In this document: positions 38,538 through 51,008 of the stretch, one piece after another | Position numbering within the stretch: position 1 is the stretch's first letter | Layout: each line of letters opens with the position of its first letter | Source of the DNA: Paragordius varius | Taxonomy: Eukaryota > Animalia > Nematomorpha | Assembly (NCBI GenBank): GCA_964247055.1 | Contig: OZ176057.1 | Coordinates: forward strand, 6,014,001-6,078,000 | Reading direction: 5' to 3' | DNA length: 64,000 bases | Notes under the pieces: generated by a model | Database searches by the model: none | Told to the model about the DNA's origin: nothing | The model's input: the letters and a program-made list of their open reading frames with translations, nothing else | Program-made: the position numbers and the translations under genes

Positions 38538-38679
38538 GTAATTTTTTTACTGTTTAATAATTCAAATAAGTAATTTGTTATTATAGTTATATTAAACTAA
38601 AATTTTATTTTAAAATATATACTTAACATTATTAAAACCGTTGAATTTCTTAAAATGATTTTAAAATATTTGATTTTTA

Positions 38680-41600
38680 ATCAGTTGTTTTTATTAAGCA
38701 GTTGTTCTTATTAATCATTTGTTTTAATTAATCATTTGTTTTATAATCATTTGTTTTATAATCAGTTGTTTTAATTAATCAGTTGTTTTAATATCAGTTG
38801 TTTTAATTAATCTTGTTTTAATTAATCTTTTTTTAATTAATCATTTGTTTTTATTAATCATTTGTTTTTATTAATCAGTTGTTTTTATTAATCAGTTGTT
38901 TTTATTTGTTTTTATTAATCAGTTGTTTTTATTAATCAGTTATTTTTATTAATCAGTTTTTATTTGTTTTTATTAATCAGTTGTTTTTATTAATCAGTTG
39001 TTTGTATTAATCAATTGTTATTATTTGTTTTTATTAATCAGTTGTTTTAATTAATCAGTTGTTTTAATTAATCAGTTGTTTTTATTAATCAGTTGTTTTT
39101 ATTAATCAGTTGTTTTTATTAATCAGTTGTTTTTATTAATCAGTTGTTTTTATTAATCAGTTGTTTTTATTAATCAGTTGTTTTTATTAATCAGTTGTTT
39201 TTATTAATCAGTTGTTTTTATTAATCAGTTGTTTTTATTTGTTTTTATTAATCAGTTGTTTTTATTAATCAGTTATTTTTATTAATCAGTTGTTTTTATT
39301 TGTTTTTATTAATCATTTCTTTTAATTAATCATTTCTTTTGATTAATCATTTGTTTTTATTAATCATTTGTTTTTATTAATCATTTGTTTTTATTAATCA
39401 TTTGTTTTTATTAATCATTTGTTTTAATTAATCATCTGTTTTTATTAAGCAGTTGTTTTAATTAATCAGTTGTTTTAATTAATCAGTTGTTTTAATTAAT
39501 CAGTTGTTTTAATTAATCAGTTGTTTTAATTAATCAGTTGTTTTCATTTATCAGTTGTTTTTATTAATCATTTGTTTTTATTAATCAGTTGTTTTTATTA
39601 ATCAGTTGTTTTTATTAATCAGTTGTTTTTATTTGTTTTTATTAATCAGTTGTTTTTATTAATCAGTTATTTTTATTAATCAGTTTTTATTTGTTTTTAT
39701 TAATCAGTTGTTTTTATTAATCAGTTGTTTGTATTAATCAATTGTTATTATTTGTTTTTATTAATCAGTTGTTTTAATTAATCAGTTGTTTTAATTAATC
39801 AGTTGTTTTAATTAATCAGTTGTTTTTATTAATCAGTTGTTTTTATTAATCAGTTGTTTTTATTAATCAGTTGTTTTTATTAATCAGTTGTTTTTATTAA
39901 TCAGTTGTTTTTATTAATCAGTTGTTTTTATTAATCAGTTGTTTTTATTAATCAGTTGTTTTTATTTGTTTTTATTAATCAGTTGTTTTTATTTGTTTTT
40001 ATTAATCATTTCTTTTAATTAATCATTTCTTTTGATTAATCATTTGTTTTTATTAATCATTTGTTTTTATTAATCATTTGTTTTTATTAATCATTTGTTT
40101 TTATTAATCATTTGTTTTAATTAATCAGCTGTTTTAATTAATCAGTTGTTTTTATTAATCATCTGTTTTTATTAAGCAGTTGTTTTAATTAATCAGTTGT
40201 TTTAATTAATCAGTTGTTTTAATTAATCAGTTGTTTTAATTAATCAGTTGTTTTAATTAATCAGTTGTTTTAATTAATCAGTTGTTTTAATTAATCAGTT
40301 GTTTTAATTAATCAGTTGTTTTTATTAAGCAGTTGTTTTAATTAATCAGTTGTTTTTATTAATCAGTTTTTTAATTAATCAGTTGTTTTTATTAATCAGT
40401 TGTGTTTATTATTCAGTTGTTTTTATTATTCAGTTGTTTTTATTAATCAGTTGTTTTTATTCAGTTGTTTTTATTAATCAGTTGTTTTTATTAATCAGTT
40501 GTTTTTATTAATCAGTTGTTTTTATTAATCAGTTGTTTTTACAGTTGTTTTTACAGTTGTTTTTACAGTTGTTTTTACAGTTGTTTTTACAGTTGTTTTT
40601 ACAGTTGTTTTTACAGTTGTTTTTACAGTTGTTTTTACAGTTGTTTTTACAGTTGTTTTTATTAATCAGTTTTCTAATTAATCAGTTTTTTAATTAATCA
40701 GTTTTTTAATTAATCAGTTGTTTTTATTAATCAGTTGTGTTTATTATTCAGTTGTTTTTATTCAGTTGTTTTTATTCAGTTGTTTTTATTCAGTTGTTTT
40801 TATTAATCAGTTGTTTTTATTAATCAGTTGTTTTTATTAATCAGTTGTTTTTATTAATCAGTTGTTTTTACAGTTGTTTTTATTAATCAGTTTTTTAATT
40901 AATCAGTTGTCTGTATTAATCAGTTGTTTTTATTAATCAGTTGTTTATATTAATCAGTTGTTTATATTAATCAGTTGTGTTTATTAATCAGTTGTGTTTA
41001 TTATTCAGTTGTTTTTATCAGTTGTTTTTATTAATCAGTTGTTTTTATTACTCAGTTGTTTTTATTAATCAGTTGTTTTTATTAATCAGTTGTTTATATT
41101 AATCAGTTGTTTTTATTAAGCAGTTGTTTTTATTAATCAGTTGTTTTTATTAATCAGTTGTTTTTATTAATCAGTTGTTTTTATTATTCAGTTGTTTTTA
41201 TTAATCAGTTGTTTTTATTCAGTTGTTTTTATTCAGTTGTTTTTATTAATCAGTTGTTTTTATTAATCAGTTGTTTTTATTAATCAGTTGTTTTTATTAA
41301 TCAGTTGTTTTTACAGTTGTTTTTACAGTTGTTTTTACAGTTGTTTTTACAGTTGTTTTTACAGTTGTTTTTACAGTTGTTTTTACAGTTGTTTTTACAG
41401 TTGTTTTTACAGTTGTTTTTATTAATCAGTTTTCTAATTAATCAGTTTTTTAATTAATCAGTTTTTTAATTAATCAGTTGTTTTTATTAATCAGTTGTGT
41501 TTATTATTCAGTTGTTTTTATTCAGTTGTTTTTATTCAGTTGTTTTTATTCAGTTGTTTTTATTAATCAGTTGTTTTTATTAATCAGTTGTTTTTATTAA

Positions 41601-43540
41601 TCAGTTGTTTTTATTAATCAGTTGTTTTTATTAATCAGTTGTTTTTATTAATCAGTTGTTTTTATTAATCAGTTGTTTTTATTTGTTTTTATTAATCAGT
41701 TGTTTTTATTTGTTTTTATTAATCATTTCTTTTAATTAATCATTTCTTTTGATTAATCATTTGTTTTTATTAATCATTTGTTTTTATTAATCATTTGTTT
41801 TTATTAATCATTTGTTTTTATTAATCATTTGTTTTAATTAATCAGCTGTTTTAATTAATCAGTTTTTTAATTAATCAGTTGTTTTTATTAATCAGTTGTG
41901 TTTATTATTCAGTTGTTTTTATTCAGTTGTTTTTATTCAGTTGTTTTTATTCAGTTGTTTTTATTAATCAGTTGTTTTTATTAATCAGTTGTTTTTATTA
42001 ATCAGTTGTTTTTATTAATCAGTTGTTTTTATTAATCAGTTGTTTTTACAGTTGTTTTTATTAATCAGTTGTTTTTATTCAGTTGTTTTTATTCAGTTGT
42101 TTTTATTAATCAGTTGTTTTTATTAATCAGTTGTTTTTATTAATCAGTTGTTTTTATTAATCAGTTGTTTTTACAGTTGTTTTTACAGTTGTTTTTACAG
42201 TTGTTTTTACAGTTGTTTTTACAGTTGTTTTTACAGTTGTTTTTACAGTTGTTTTTACAGTTGTTTTTACAGTTGTTTTTATTAATCAGTTTTCTAATTA
42301 ATCAGTTTTTTAATTAATCAGTTTTTTAATTAATCAGTTGTTTTTATTAATCAGTTGTGTTTATTATTCAGTTGTTTTTATTCAGTTGTTTTTATTCAGT
42401 TGTTTTTATTCAGTTGTTTTTATTAATCAGTTGTTTTTATTAATCAGTTGTTTTTATTAATCAGTTGTTTTTATTAATCAGTTGTTTTTATTAATCAGTT
42501 GTTTTTATTAATCAGTTGTTTTTATTAATCAGTTTTTTAATTAATCAGTTGTCTGTATTAATCAGTTGTTTTTATTAATCAGTTGTTTATATTAATCAGT
42601 TGTTTATATTAATCAGTTGTGTTTATTAATCAGTTGTGTTTATTATTCAGTTGTTTTTATCAGTTGTTTTTATTAATCAGTTGTTTTTATTACTCAGTTG
42701 TTTTTATTAATCAGTTGTTTTTATTAATCAGTTGTTTTTATTAATCAGTTGTTTATATTAATCAGTTGTTTTTATTAAGCAGTTGTTTTTATTAATCAGT
42801 TGTTTTTATTAATCAGTTGTTTTTATTAATCAGTTGTTTTTATTATTCAGTTGTTTTTATTAATCAGTTGTTTTTATTAATCAGTTGTTTTTATTAATCA
42901 GCTGTTTTTATTAATCATTTGTTTTTATTAATCAGTTGTTTTTATTAATCAGTTGTTTTTATTAATCAGTTGTTTTTATTAATCAGTTGTTTTAATTAAT
43001 CAGTTGTTTTAATTAATCAGTTGTTTTAATTAATCAGTTGTTTTAATTAATCAGTTGTTTTAATTAATCAGTTGTTTTAATTAATCAGTTGTTTTAATTA
43101 ATCAGTTGTTTTAATTAATCAGTTGTTTTAATTAATCAGTTGTTTTAATTAATCAGTTGTTTTTATTAATCAGTTGTTTTTATTAATCAGTTGTTTTTAT
43201 TAATCAGTTGTTTTTATTAATCAGTTGTTTTTATTAATCAGTTGTTTTTATTAATCAGTTGTTTTAATTAATCAGTTGTTTAAATTAATCAGTTGTTTAA
43301 ATTAATCAGTTGTTTTTATTAGTCAGTTGTTTTTATTCATCAGTTGTTTTTATTCATCAGTTGTTTTTATTCATCAGTTGTTTTTATTCATCAGTTGTTT
43401 TTATTCATCAGTTGTTATTATTAAGCAGTTGTTTTTAGTTTTCAGTTGTTTTTTAATCATTGTGTTTATTAATCAGTTGTTTTAATTAATAAGTTTTTTT
43501 TATTAATCAGTTCTTTTAATTAATCAGTTGTGTTATAAAT
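38680..43540. repeat. Satellite C, 17-bp unit AATCAGTTGTTTTTATT with 12- and 14-bp variants
   Basis: About 4.9 kb array. Runs of about 10 CAGTTGTTTTTA units recur at about 40540, 41310 and 42170, showing higher-order duplication. Confidence 0.97.
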
Positions 43541-43769
43541 CAGTTTTTTTTATTATGTGTATTTTATTAATAAGTTTATCTAAAAACCGCCAAAACTATC
43601 TAAAAAGTCATTTTAAAAACCTAATTTAAAAACCGCTAATACCTAAAGACTGTTTAAACTATTTTACCTTAAAACTTTTAAAATTTTTATTTTTTTAAAA
43701 CCGCTAAAACATCCTAAAAATGGGTAAAATTTTTAAAATATCGCTAAAATTCTTTTTAAATAAAAAAAA

Positions 43770-46330
43770 ATGCGTTTGAAATTCTCCTAAAATCCGCTAA
43801 AACTTTCTAAAACCGCTAAAATTTTCTAAAACCGCTAAAATTTTCTAAAAACCGCTAAAATTTTCTAAAAACCGCTATTTCTAAAAACCGCTATTTCTAA
43901 AAACCGCTATTTCTAAAAACCGCTATTTCTAAAAACCGCTAAAACTTTCTAAAAACCGCTAAAATTCCTTTTAAATCAAAAAATGCGTTTGAAATTCTCT
44001 AAAAATTGCTAAAATTTTCTAAAAACCGCTAAAATTTTCTAAAAACCGCTAAAATTTCTTTTAAATCAAAAAATGCGTTTGAAATTCTCTAAAAATTGCT
44101 AAAACTTTCTAAAATCCGCTAAAACATTCTAAAATCCGCTAAAATTCCTTTTAAATCAAAAAATGCGTTTGAAATTCTCTGAAAATTGCTAAACCATTCT
44201 AAAATCCGCTAAAACTTTCTAATAACCGCTAAAATTCCTTTTAAATCAAAAAAATGCGTTTGAAATTCTCTAAAAATTGCTAAACCATTCTAAAAACCGT
44301 TAAAACTTCCTAAAAACCGCTAAAATTCCTTTTAAATCAAAAAAATGCGTTTGAAATTCTCTAAAAATTGCTAAAACTTTCTAAAATCCGCTAAAACATT
44401 CTAAAATCCGCTAAAATTCCTTTTAAATCAAAAAAATGCGTTTGAAATTCTCTGAAAATTGCTAAACCATTCTAAAAACCGTTAAAACTTCCTAAAAACC
44501 GTTAAAATTCTTTTTAAATAAAAAAAATGCGTTTGAAATTCTCTGAAAATTGCTAAACCATTCTAAAATCCGCTAAAACTTTCTAATAACCGCTAAAATT
44601 CCTTTTAAATCAAAAAAATGCGTTTGAAATTCTCTGAAAATTGCTAAACCATTCTAAAAACCGTTAAAACTTCCTAAAAACCGTTAAAATTCTTTTTAAA
44701 TAAAAAAAATGCGTTTGAAATTCTCTGAAAATTGCTAAACCATTCTAAAAACCGTTAAAACTTCCTAAAAACCGCTAAAATTCCTTTTAAGTCAAAAAAT
44801 GCGTTTGAAATTCTCTAAAAATTGCTAAAACTTTCTAAAATCCGCTAAAACATTCTAAAATCCGCTAAAATTCCTTTTAAATCAAAAAATGCGTTTGAAA
44901 TTCTCTAAAAATTGCTAAACCATTCTAAAATCCGCTAAAACTTTCTAATAACCGCTAAAATTCCTTTTAAATCAAAAAAATGCGTTTGAAATTCTCTAAA
45001 AATTGCTAAACCATTCTAAAAACCGTTAAAACTTCCTAAAAACCGCTAAAATTCCTTTTAAATCAAAAAAATGCGTTTGAAATTCTCTAAAAATTGCTAA
45101 AACTTTCTAAAATCCGCTAAAACATTCTAAAATCCGCTAAAATTCCTTTTAAATCAAAAAAATGCGTTTGAAATTCTCTGAAAATTGCTAAACCATTCTA
45201 AAAACCGTTAAAACTTCCTAAAAACCGTTAAAATTCTTTTTAAATAAAAAAAATGCGTTTGAAATTCTCTGAAAATTGCTAAACCATTCTAAAATCCGCT
45301 AAAACTTTCTAATAACCGCTAAAATTCCTTTTAAATCAAAAAAATGCGTTTGAAATTCTCTGAAAATTGCTAAACCATTCTAAAAACCGTTAAAACTTCC
45401 TAAAAACCGTTAAAATTCTTTTTAAATAAAAAAAATGCGTTTGAAATTCTCTGAAAATTGCTAAACCATTCTAAAAACCGTTAAAACTTCCTAAAAACCG
45501 CTAAAATTCCTTTTAAATCAAAAAAATGCGTTTGAAATTCTCTAAAAATTGCTAAAACTTTCTAAAATCCGCTAAAACATTCTAAAATCCGCTAAAATTC
45601 TTTTTAAATCAAAAAATGCGTTTGAAATTCTCTGAAAATTGCTAAACCATTCTAAAATCCGCTAAAACTTTCTAATAACCGCTAAAATTCCTTTTAAATC
45701 AAAAAAATGCGTTTGAAATTCTCTAAAAATTGCTAAACCATTCTAAAAACCGTTAAAACTTCCTAAAAACCGCTAAAATTCCTTTTAAATCAAAAAAATG
45801 CGTTTGAAATTCTCTAAAAATTGCTAAAACTTTCTAAAATCCGCTAAAACATTCTAAAATCCGCTAAAATTCCTTTTAAATCAAAAAAATGCGTTTGAAA
45901 TTCTCTGAAAATTGCTAAACCATTCTAAAAACCGTTAAAACTTCCTAAAAACCGTTAAAATTCTTTTTAAATAAAAAAAATGCGTTTGAAATTCTCTGAA
46001 AATTGCTAAACCATTCTAAAATCCGCTAAAACTTTCTAATAACCGCTAAAATTCCTTTTAAATCAAAAAAATGCGTTTGAAATTCTCTGAAAATTGCTAA
46101 ACCATTCTAAAAACCGTTAAAACTTCCTAAAAACCGTTAAAATTCTTTTTAAATAAAAAAAATGCGTTTGAAATTCTCTAAAAATTGCTAAAACTTTCTA
46201 AAATCCGCTAAAATTTTCTAAAAACCGCTAAAATTCCTTTTAAATCAAAAAAATGCGTTTGAAATTCTCTAAAAATTGCTAAAATTTCCTAAAAATTGCT
46301 AAAATTTTCTAAAAATTGCTAAAACTTTCT
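43770..46330. repeat. Satellite D, 91-bp unit with 8-mer higher-order repeat
   Basis: ATGCGTTTGAAATTCTCT recurs every 91-92 bp. The marker AATAACCGCT recurs every 362-364 bp, with the variant order repeating every two such periods (about 727 bp). Confidence 0.97.
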
Positions 46331-46440
46331 TAAAATGGATAAAATTATTTTTTTTTTAAAAACTATTTAAAAACCGCTGAAAAACTTTAAATAATAATTT
46401 TAATCTTAATATATTGTAACATACTATTTTTTTTGTTTAG

Positions 46441-46516
46441 AATGTGTGATGTCTTACAGAAGTACGCAGGACAGACAAAACTGATGTAGAAAATACCTGG
46501 AATGTTTCGGAATTGG
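46441..46516 (+). other. Exon-like unit 2 (stops in all three frames)
   Basis: TTTTGTTTAG/AATGTG ... TCGGAATTGG/GTAATT; 76 nt; ends resemble unit 1. Confidence 0.5.
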
Positions 46517-46858
46517 GTAATTATTAAATTATATTTTGTTTTTGAATTATTATTTGAGTATTTTAGTTAATAATTGTTTTGTTTTATAAATTCTGTATAA
46601 ATCATTATTATCATAATCAACTTTTTTATGTAATTAGCATTTATGATCTGTTTATTAGTTGTTTTAATTAATCAATTGTTTTTTTAAAATTGCCTAGCTT
46701 GAGATATTCTAAAGATATTTGAAATTTTTTAAAAAGAATATGTAGAGTATATGGAATATAAATTTATAATTATCTATGGTTTGTAAAAAAATTTTTATTT
46801 ATTATTGTAACGTAATATTTAATCATCAATTATTACATTTTTCTTTAATTTACTGTAG

Positions 46859-46941
46859 AATGTGTTGTTTATGTAATCAGCAGCCCGAAACGTAAACGAA
46901 GTCTATTGAAAAAGCGTAATTGAATATTATGGATGAACTCG
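46859..46941 (+). other. Exon-like unit 3 (stops in all three frames)
   Basis: TACTGTAG/AATGTG ... GATGAACTCG/GTAATT; 83 nt. Confidence 0.5.
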
Positions 46942-47787
46942 GTAATTAATTATATTTAGATTAAATTTTAGAACAGATTTTATTATTAGTTTTTCAACTT
47001 TACATTTTTTTCTTAAAATAAATAATTTTTTTATTAAAATTGATGAGTCGATTTTAATGCTCTTTATTTGAAGAAAATAATTGATTTAATTAATCATTTT
47101 TTTAATAAATTAACTATTTATAATAAACTTTTAATTTAAAACAAATTAGTTATTTTTATTAAGATATATAATATATTTGTTTCTTTAATTTTTACCGCAA
47201 AATAACAAAAATCACTTTTTTAACAAACTTTATAATTTTTAGAAATAACGATTTTTCTTGATCAGCTGTTTTTTGAATTAAATAGTTATATATTATATAT
47301 AAGTTTCAATATTTTTTTTAAATGATCAAAGATTTAGTATTTGACCTTATATTTAATTTTATTTTATTTTTAGGAAACAATATAGTATCCACTTCATTGC
47401 TGCCATACCAATTAAACTATTTAAGTATATATTTTTATTTACTTTTTACGTTAATAATAACCAATTGTTTAAATATTTTTTTATTTTGCCTTATTATTCA
47501 GATAAATCAGTTGTTTTATTTATCAGTTGTTTTATCAGTTGTTTTATCTAATCAGTTTTATTTATTAATTATTTGTTTTTATTAATTATTTATTTTAAAT
47601 ATTCATTTATTATTAATCAGTTCTTCAGTTGTTTTTATTTATCGTTTGTTTTAATTTATCGTTTGCTTTTATAAATCAACTATAATTAATCATTTCTTTT
47701 GATTAAGTAGTTGAAATTAATCAGTTGTTTTATTTATCGTTTGTTTTTAATTATTTGTTTTTAACAATCAGCTGTTTTAATTAATCA

Positions 47788-47925
47788 GGTTTAAAGCACT
47801 TTAAGGGTTTCCAGTTTGTGGGCTAGGGTTAGGGTGAGGGATTGGAGTTGATTCATTTTATCAAAGAAGTCCGCAGGACTTCCTCGGTATGCGAAGCAGG
47901 CCGAGACCCACGTGTTTCTTTTTTA
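47788..47925 (+). mobile_element. 140-bp G4/double-hairpin element
   Basis: GGTTTAAAGCACT...GGG-CTA-GGG-TTA-GGG-TGA-GGGG (47820-47841)...GAAGTCCGCAGGACTTC CTCGG...CCGAGACCCACGTG. Confidence 0.8.
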
Positions 47926-48371
47926 TAAATTAATATAACCTTTTTCTGACTTTTCTCTTCTCACAAGAAAATGCTCTCTTGATTAAGGTATTTAAGAAAA
48001 CTCTTTTTAAACTACATTTATGGTTTCTAGTTTTAAGTTAGGGTCAGGTTCTTAAAGAAGTCCGCAAATTAATTTATATATTGGTTGTTTCAGGTATTTA
48101 CGCAAAAACCTCTGACATAGAAAGCTGATTTCTTTGAAACTTTTCATTTTTTAGGATAAATTTCATATAATTCTTTTGATATATATATTAGGATTAAAGT
48201 ATCACGTGTTTTCGGTGTAAGTCGTTTAAGCTGGTTTAAAGTTTAAATTTATAAAACTTCAATGTTAAACTCTAACCTATTACCGCTAATACTTGTGAAT
48301 AAACCTTTATCTCATTTCTTATGACCCTTTATAGCTGTTATTATGGTTTTTGAGCAAAATTTATCGATTTA

Positions 48372-48510
48372 GGTTTAAAGCACTCTAATGATTTCGAGTT
48401 TGTGGGCTAGGGTTAGGGTGAGGGATTGGAGTTGGTTCATTTTCTTAAAGAAGTCCGCAGGACTTCCTCGGTCTGCGAAGCAGGCCGAGACCCACGCGTT
48501 TCTTTTTAAA
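48372..48510 (+). mobile_element. 140-bp G4/double-hairpin element
   Basis: Same organisation, with G4 motif at 48404-48424. Fragments also occur at about 48035-48066 and 49166-49190. Confidence 0.8.
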
Positions 48511-49587
48511 TAAAATCTTTGTCTCTGAATTTTGTAGCTTTTGATTTATTTTAAAGAAGGATATTCTTTTTTTCCTATTTCTGTTTTTGTTTAATTTTAC
48601 ACCATTTTATCAAAAGACTTTACATTATCTGAATTTTATTTGACCGCAAACTTTTCAATGCACAGATCATATGCCATTTTTATTGCGGTGTTTCGTTGAT
48701 AGAATATTAAAGAATTTCGAGTTTGCTTATGTAAATCAAAGCAATTCTTTATTTTTTAATGGCTTTGTACAAAAATTACAATACTAAAGCTGATTTTGGG
48801 TTTTAATTATGGAAGTAAACTGCTAATTTAATCTGGGCTTCTTCGGGATTGAGCTAATTTTATTACGGGCTTTGAACAATTTTGTTTGGATATACTATCT
48901 AATAATATTTCTTATACATTCACACACAAAATATTTGTTTTATTTGACTACAAACTTTTCAATGTTATTTCTGCAGTGTTTGATCATATGATTTTGGCTG
49001 ATCGAAATTAAAGGCTCATTGGTTTTAGTTAATAACTGCTAATTTGTAAAGCAAAACCGCAAAATTTAAATTTGAAAGCGATTTTTTTCTGCCTTAGGAC
49101 GCCTTTTCGGGACAATTCAGCTATTTTTTACGGGGTTTGATTAATCTACGTTGAATATTTTAAGGCGAGTTTGTGGGTTAGGGTTATGTGGGGGCTCATT
49201 TAGAGTTTTGTTGTCACTTTTATTAATAATTGCCAAATTATAAATAAACCGCAAAATAAATGTTATGCTATTATTTTCTAACCTCGAATCTAATAATATT
49301 TTTTATCATTTTTTATACATCAGAGTAGAACAAATTGACTCAACTAGACATGAAATAAAACTAACTCACACAAGAATGAATAATGACTTAACTACACAAG
49401 AAACAAAACATACACAAGAATGAATATGAAACAATCACAATTGAAGAATAATTTATATAATAAGATTCAATAAATGATGATAATGTTTGATATATTGTTT
49501 TTTTTAAAAAAAAATTAAAAAATATAAATAAATATATATAACCCCCCCCCCCCTCAAAGGGCGAGAAAAAAAATTAAAAAATATTCT

Positions 49588-49649
49588 AAGTCCAAAATTT
49601 TATTTTGAGCGTCCGGGAGGAAGAGTGCTCAAAATACAATTTTGGACTT
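49588..49649. other. Inverted repeat: 23-bp stem, 16-nt loop
   Basis: AAGTCCAAAATTTTATTTTGAGC / GCTCAAAATACAATTTTGGACTT, one mismatch. Confidence 0.9.
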
Positions 49650-49658
49650 GGGGGCCTG

Positions 49659-49852
49659 CAACAAACTCTCATTATACTTGTGGAGAGTTTTTGCGCCAAC
49701 TCTCTAATGGGAGAAATGCCTCCTTCACGCGAGTGGGAAAAAACTCTTTCAAACGAGCTCATTTTCCCCACCCTTGTAAAGGAGGATTTATTCCTCCCAT
49801 TAGAGAGTCATTTGGCCCAAAAACTCTCCACAAGTATAATGAGAGTTTGTTG
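49659..49852. other. Long imperfect foldback (about 85-bp arms, about 20-nt loop)
   Basis: CAACAAACTCTCATTATACTTGTGGAGAGTTTTTG...CTCTCTAATGGGAG pairs with CTCCCATTAGAGAG...CAAAAACTCTCCACAAGTATAATGAGAGTTTGTTG. Pairing continues inward through CCTCCTTCAC/GTAAAGGAGG and GTGGGAAAA/TTTTCCCCAC. Confidence 0.9.
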
Positions 49853-50300
49853 TGCAATCATCCCCAATGAGATCCTTGAGCGCGTCTTGCCATCCATAAG
49901 CTCCAGGCACTATATGCCTTCTCCCCATCTGGACATTCCCAAGAGCTTCATCCCAACAGATCTCTCCTCCCCAATGGGCCAAAGTTCATCAACACCTAAA
50001 AATTAAGATTACCTCGCAATAAGTAGGTTCCTCTTCCTGTGTCGCTCCATCAATCGTCCAGTCCCAAATCCCCAGCATTTGATGTGTCCAGGCCTTCTAG
50101 ATTCCCCAATGTACGCTTTTCTCGCGGAGTTTATCCCATTACACCTAAATGATAGATTTACCTCATAAAAGATCCCTTCGGTTCGTTCCTTGATTCGCGT
50201 AACAATCCTTGGTTGATAGTCTTGATTCACGTCCCCATCCCTGGTTGCCATTGGAGAAGAAGGCCTAAAGCCTTCAAAATAGCTTTTTCAATCAGCATTT
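49850..50300 (-). pseudogene. GIY-YIG endonuclease remnant, probably from a mobile element (Penelope-like candidate)
   Basis: ORF 50251-50009 contains GIFYEVNLSFRCNGINSARKAYIGESRR...GRLMERH, i.e. a GIY-YIG motif pair plus a downstream Arg. GC-rich island; the continuation is broken by stops. Confidence 0.55.
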
Positions 50301-50827
50301 ACATATAAATATTTTTTTGATTGCAATCATAGGTGCTCAAACCACTCAATAAATCCATATATGTACTCTGGTCTTCCAAATTGCAAATTACATAAACTAA
50401 CAATTTTGTGATCACTTATGCTTGTCCTTATATCTTCTTTTTAACTAATTTTGATTTTCTTTATTAGCTCAATTCTATGTTATATGCTCTCTTTATCTAT
50501 TAAATCAGCGGAATTGGTTGGAATATGCTAATATATTTTATATGGGGTGTTAAATAATTAATGTATTGCCTGCATAAATATGATATATTAAATTTTGCAC
50601 ATGGAATGCACAAGTTCATTTAATTCATCTGATTATCACTACGATTATACTCATTGTCAATTCAAAATTATTTCACAGATATCTTAGCCGACATGATATC
50701 CATCTATTTTGTATTTGATAATAGAATTTCCAAATATTTTTTCATTATTAAGAGGTTTGACAATTTAAGGAGGGTATAATATTAACTGTGCAAAGTATTT
50801 GTAATATTCCCCCTCACTGTAACACAG

Positions 50828-50965
50828 GCTTGTTTGCCCACGATCACATGAGTTACGTATCGAAAAAAGAGGCGAGTAGTTCTGAACCGACTTTGCTTGA
50901 AATGGTCACCAAAGCAGTTGACATTTTATCCAACAAAGACGACGCGGGATATTTTTTATTGGTCG

Positions 50966-51008
<43 letters not shown>

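Noticed and set aside
43340-43410. Repeated CTGATGA on the minus strand of satellite C variants
   Set aside because: No stem II or GAAA; simple point variant of the 17-mer.
35020-46330. CRISPR-like arrays
   Set aside because: No unique spacers, no cas genes, eukaryotic context; these are tandem satellites.
47820-47841. True telomere or interstitial telomeric array
   Set aside because: Only one exact TTAGGG within a dispersed 140-bp element.
49586-50006. Overlapping ORFs 49586-49771, 49605-50006 and 49625-49870
   Set aside because: Arise from GC-rich inverted repeats; the same peptides appear on both strands; no domain signal.
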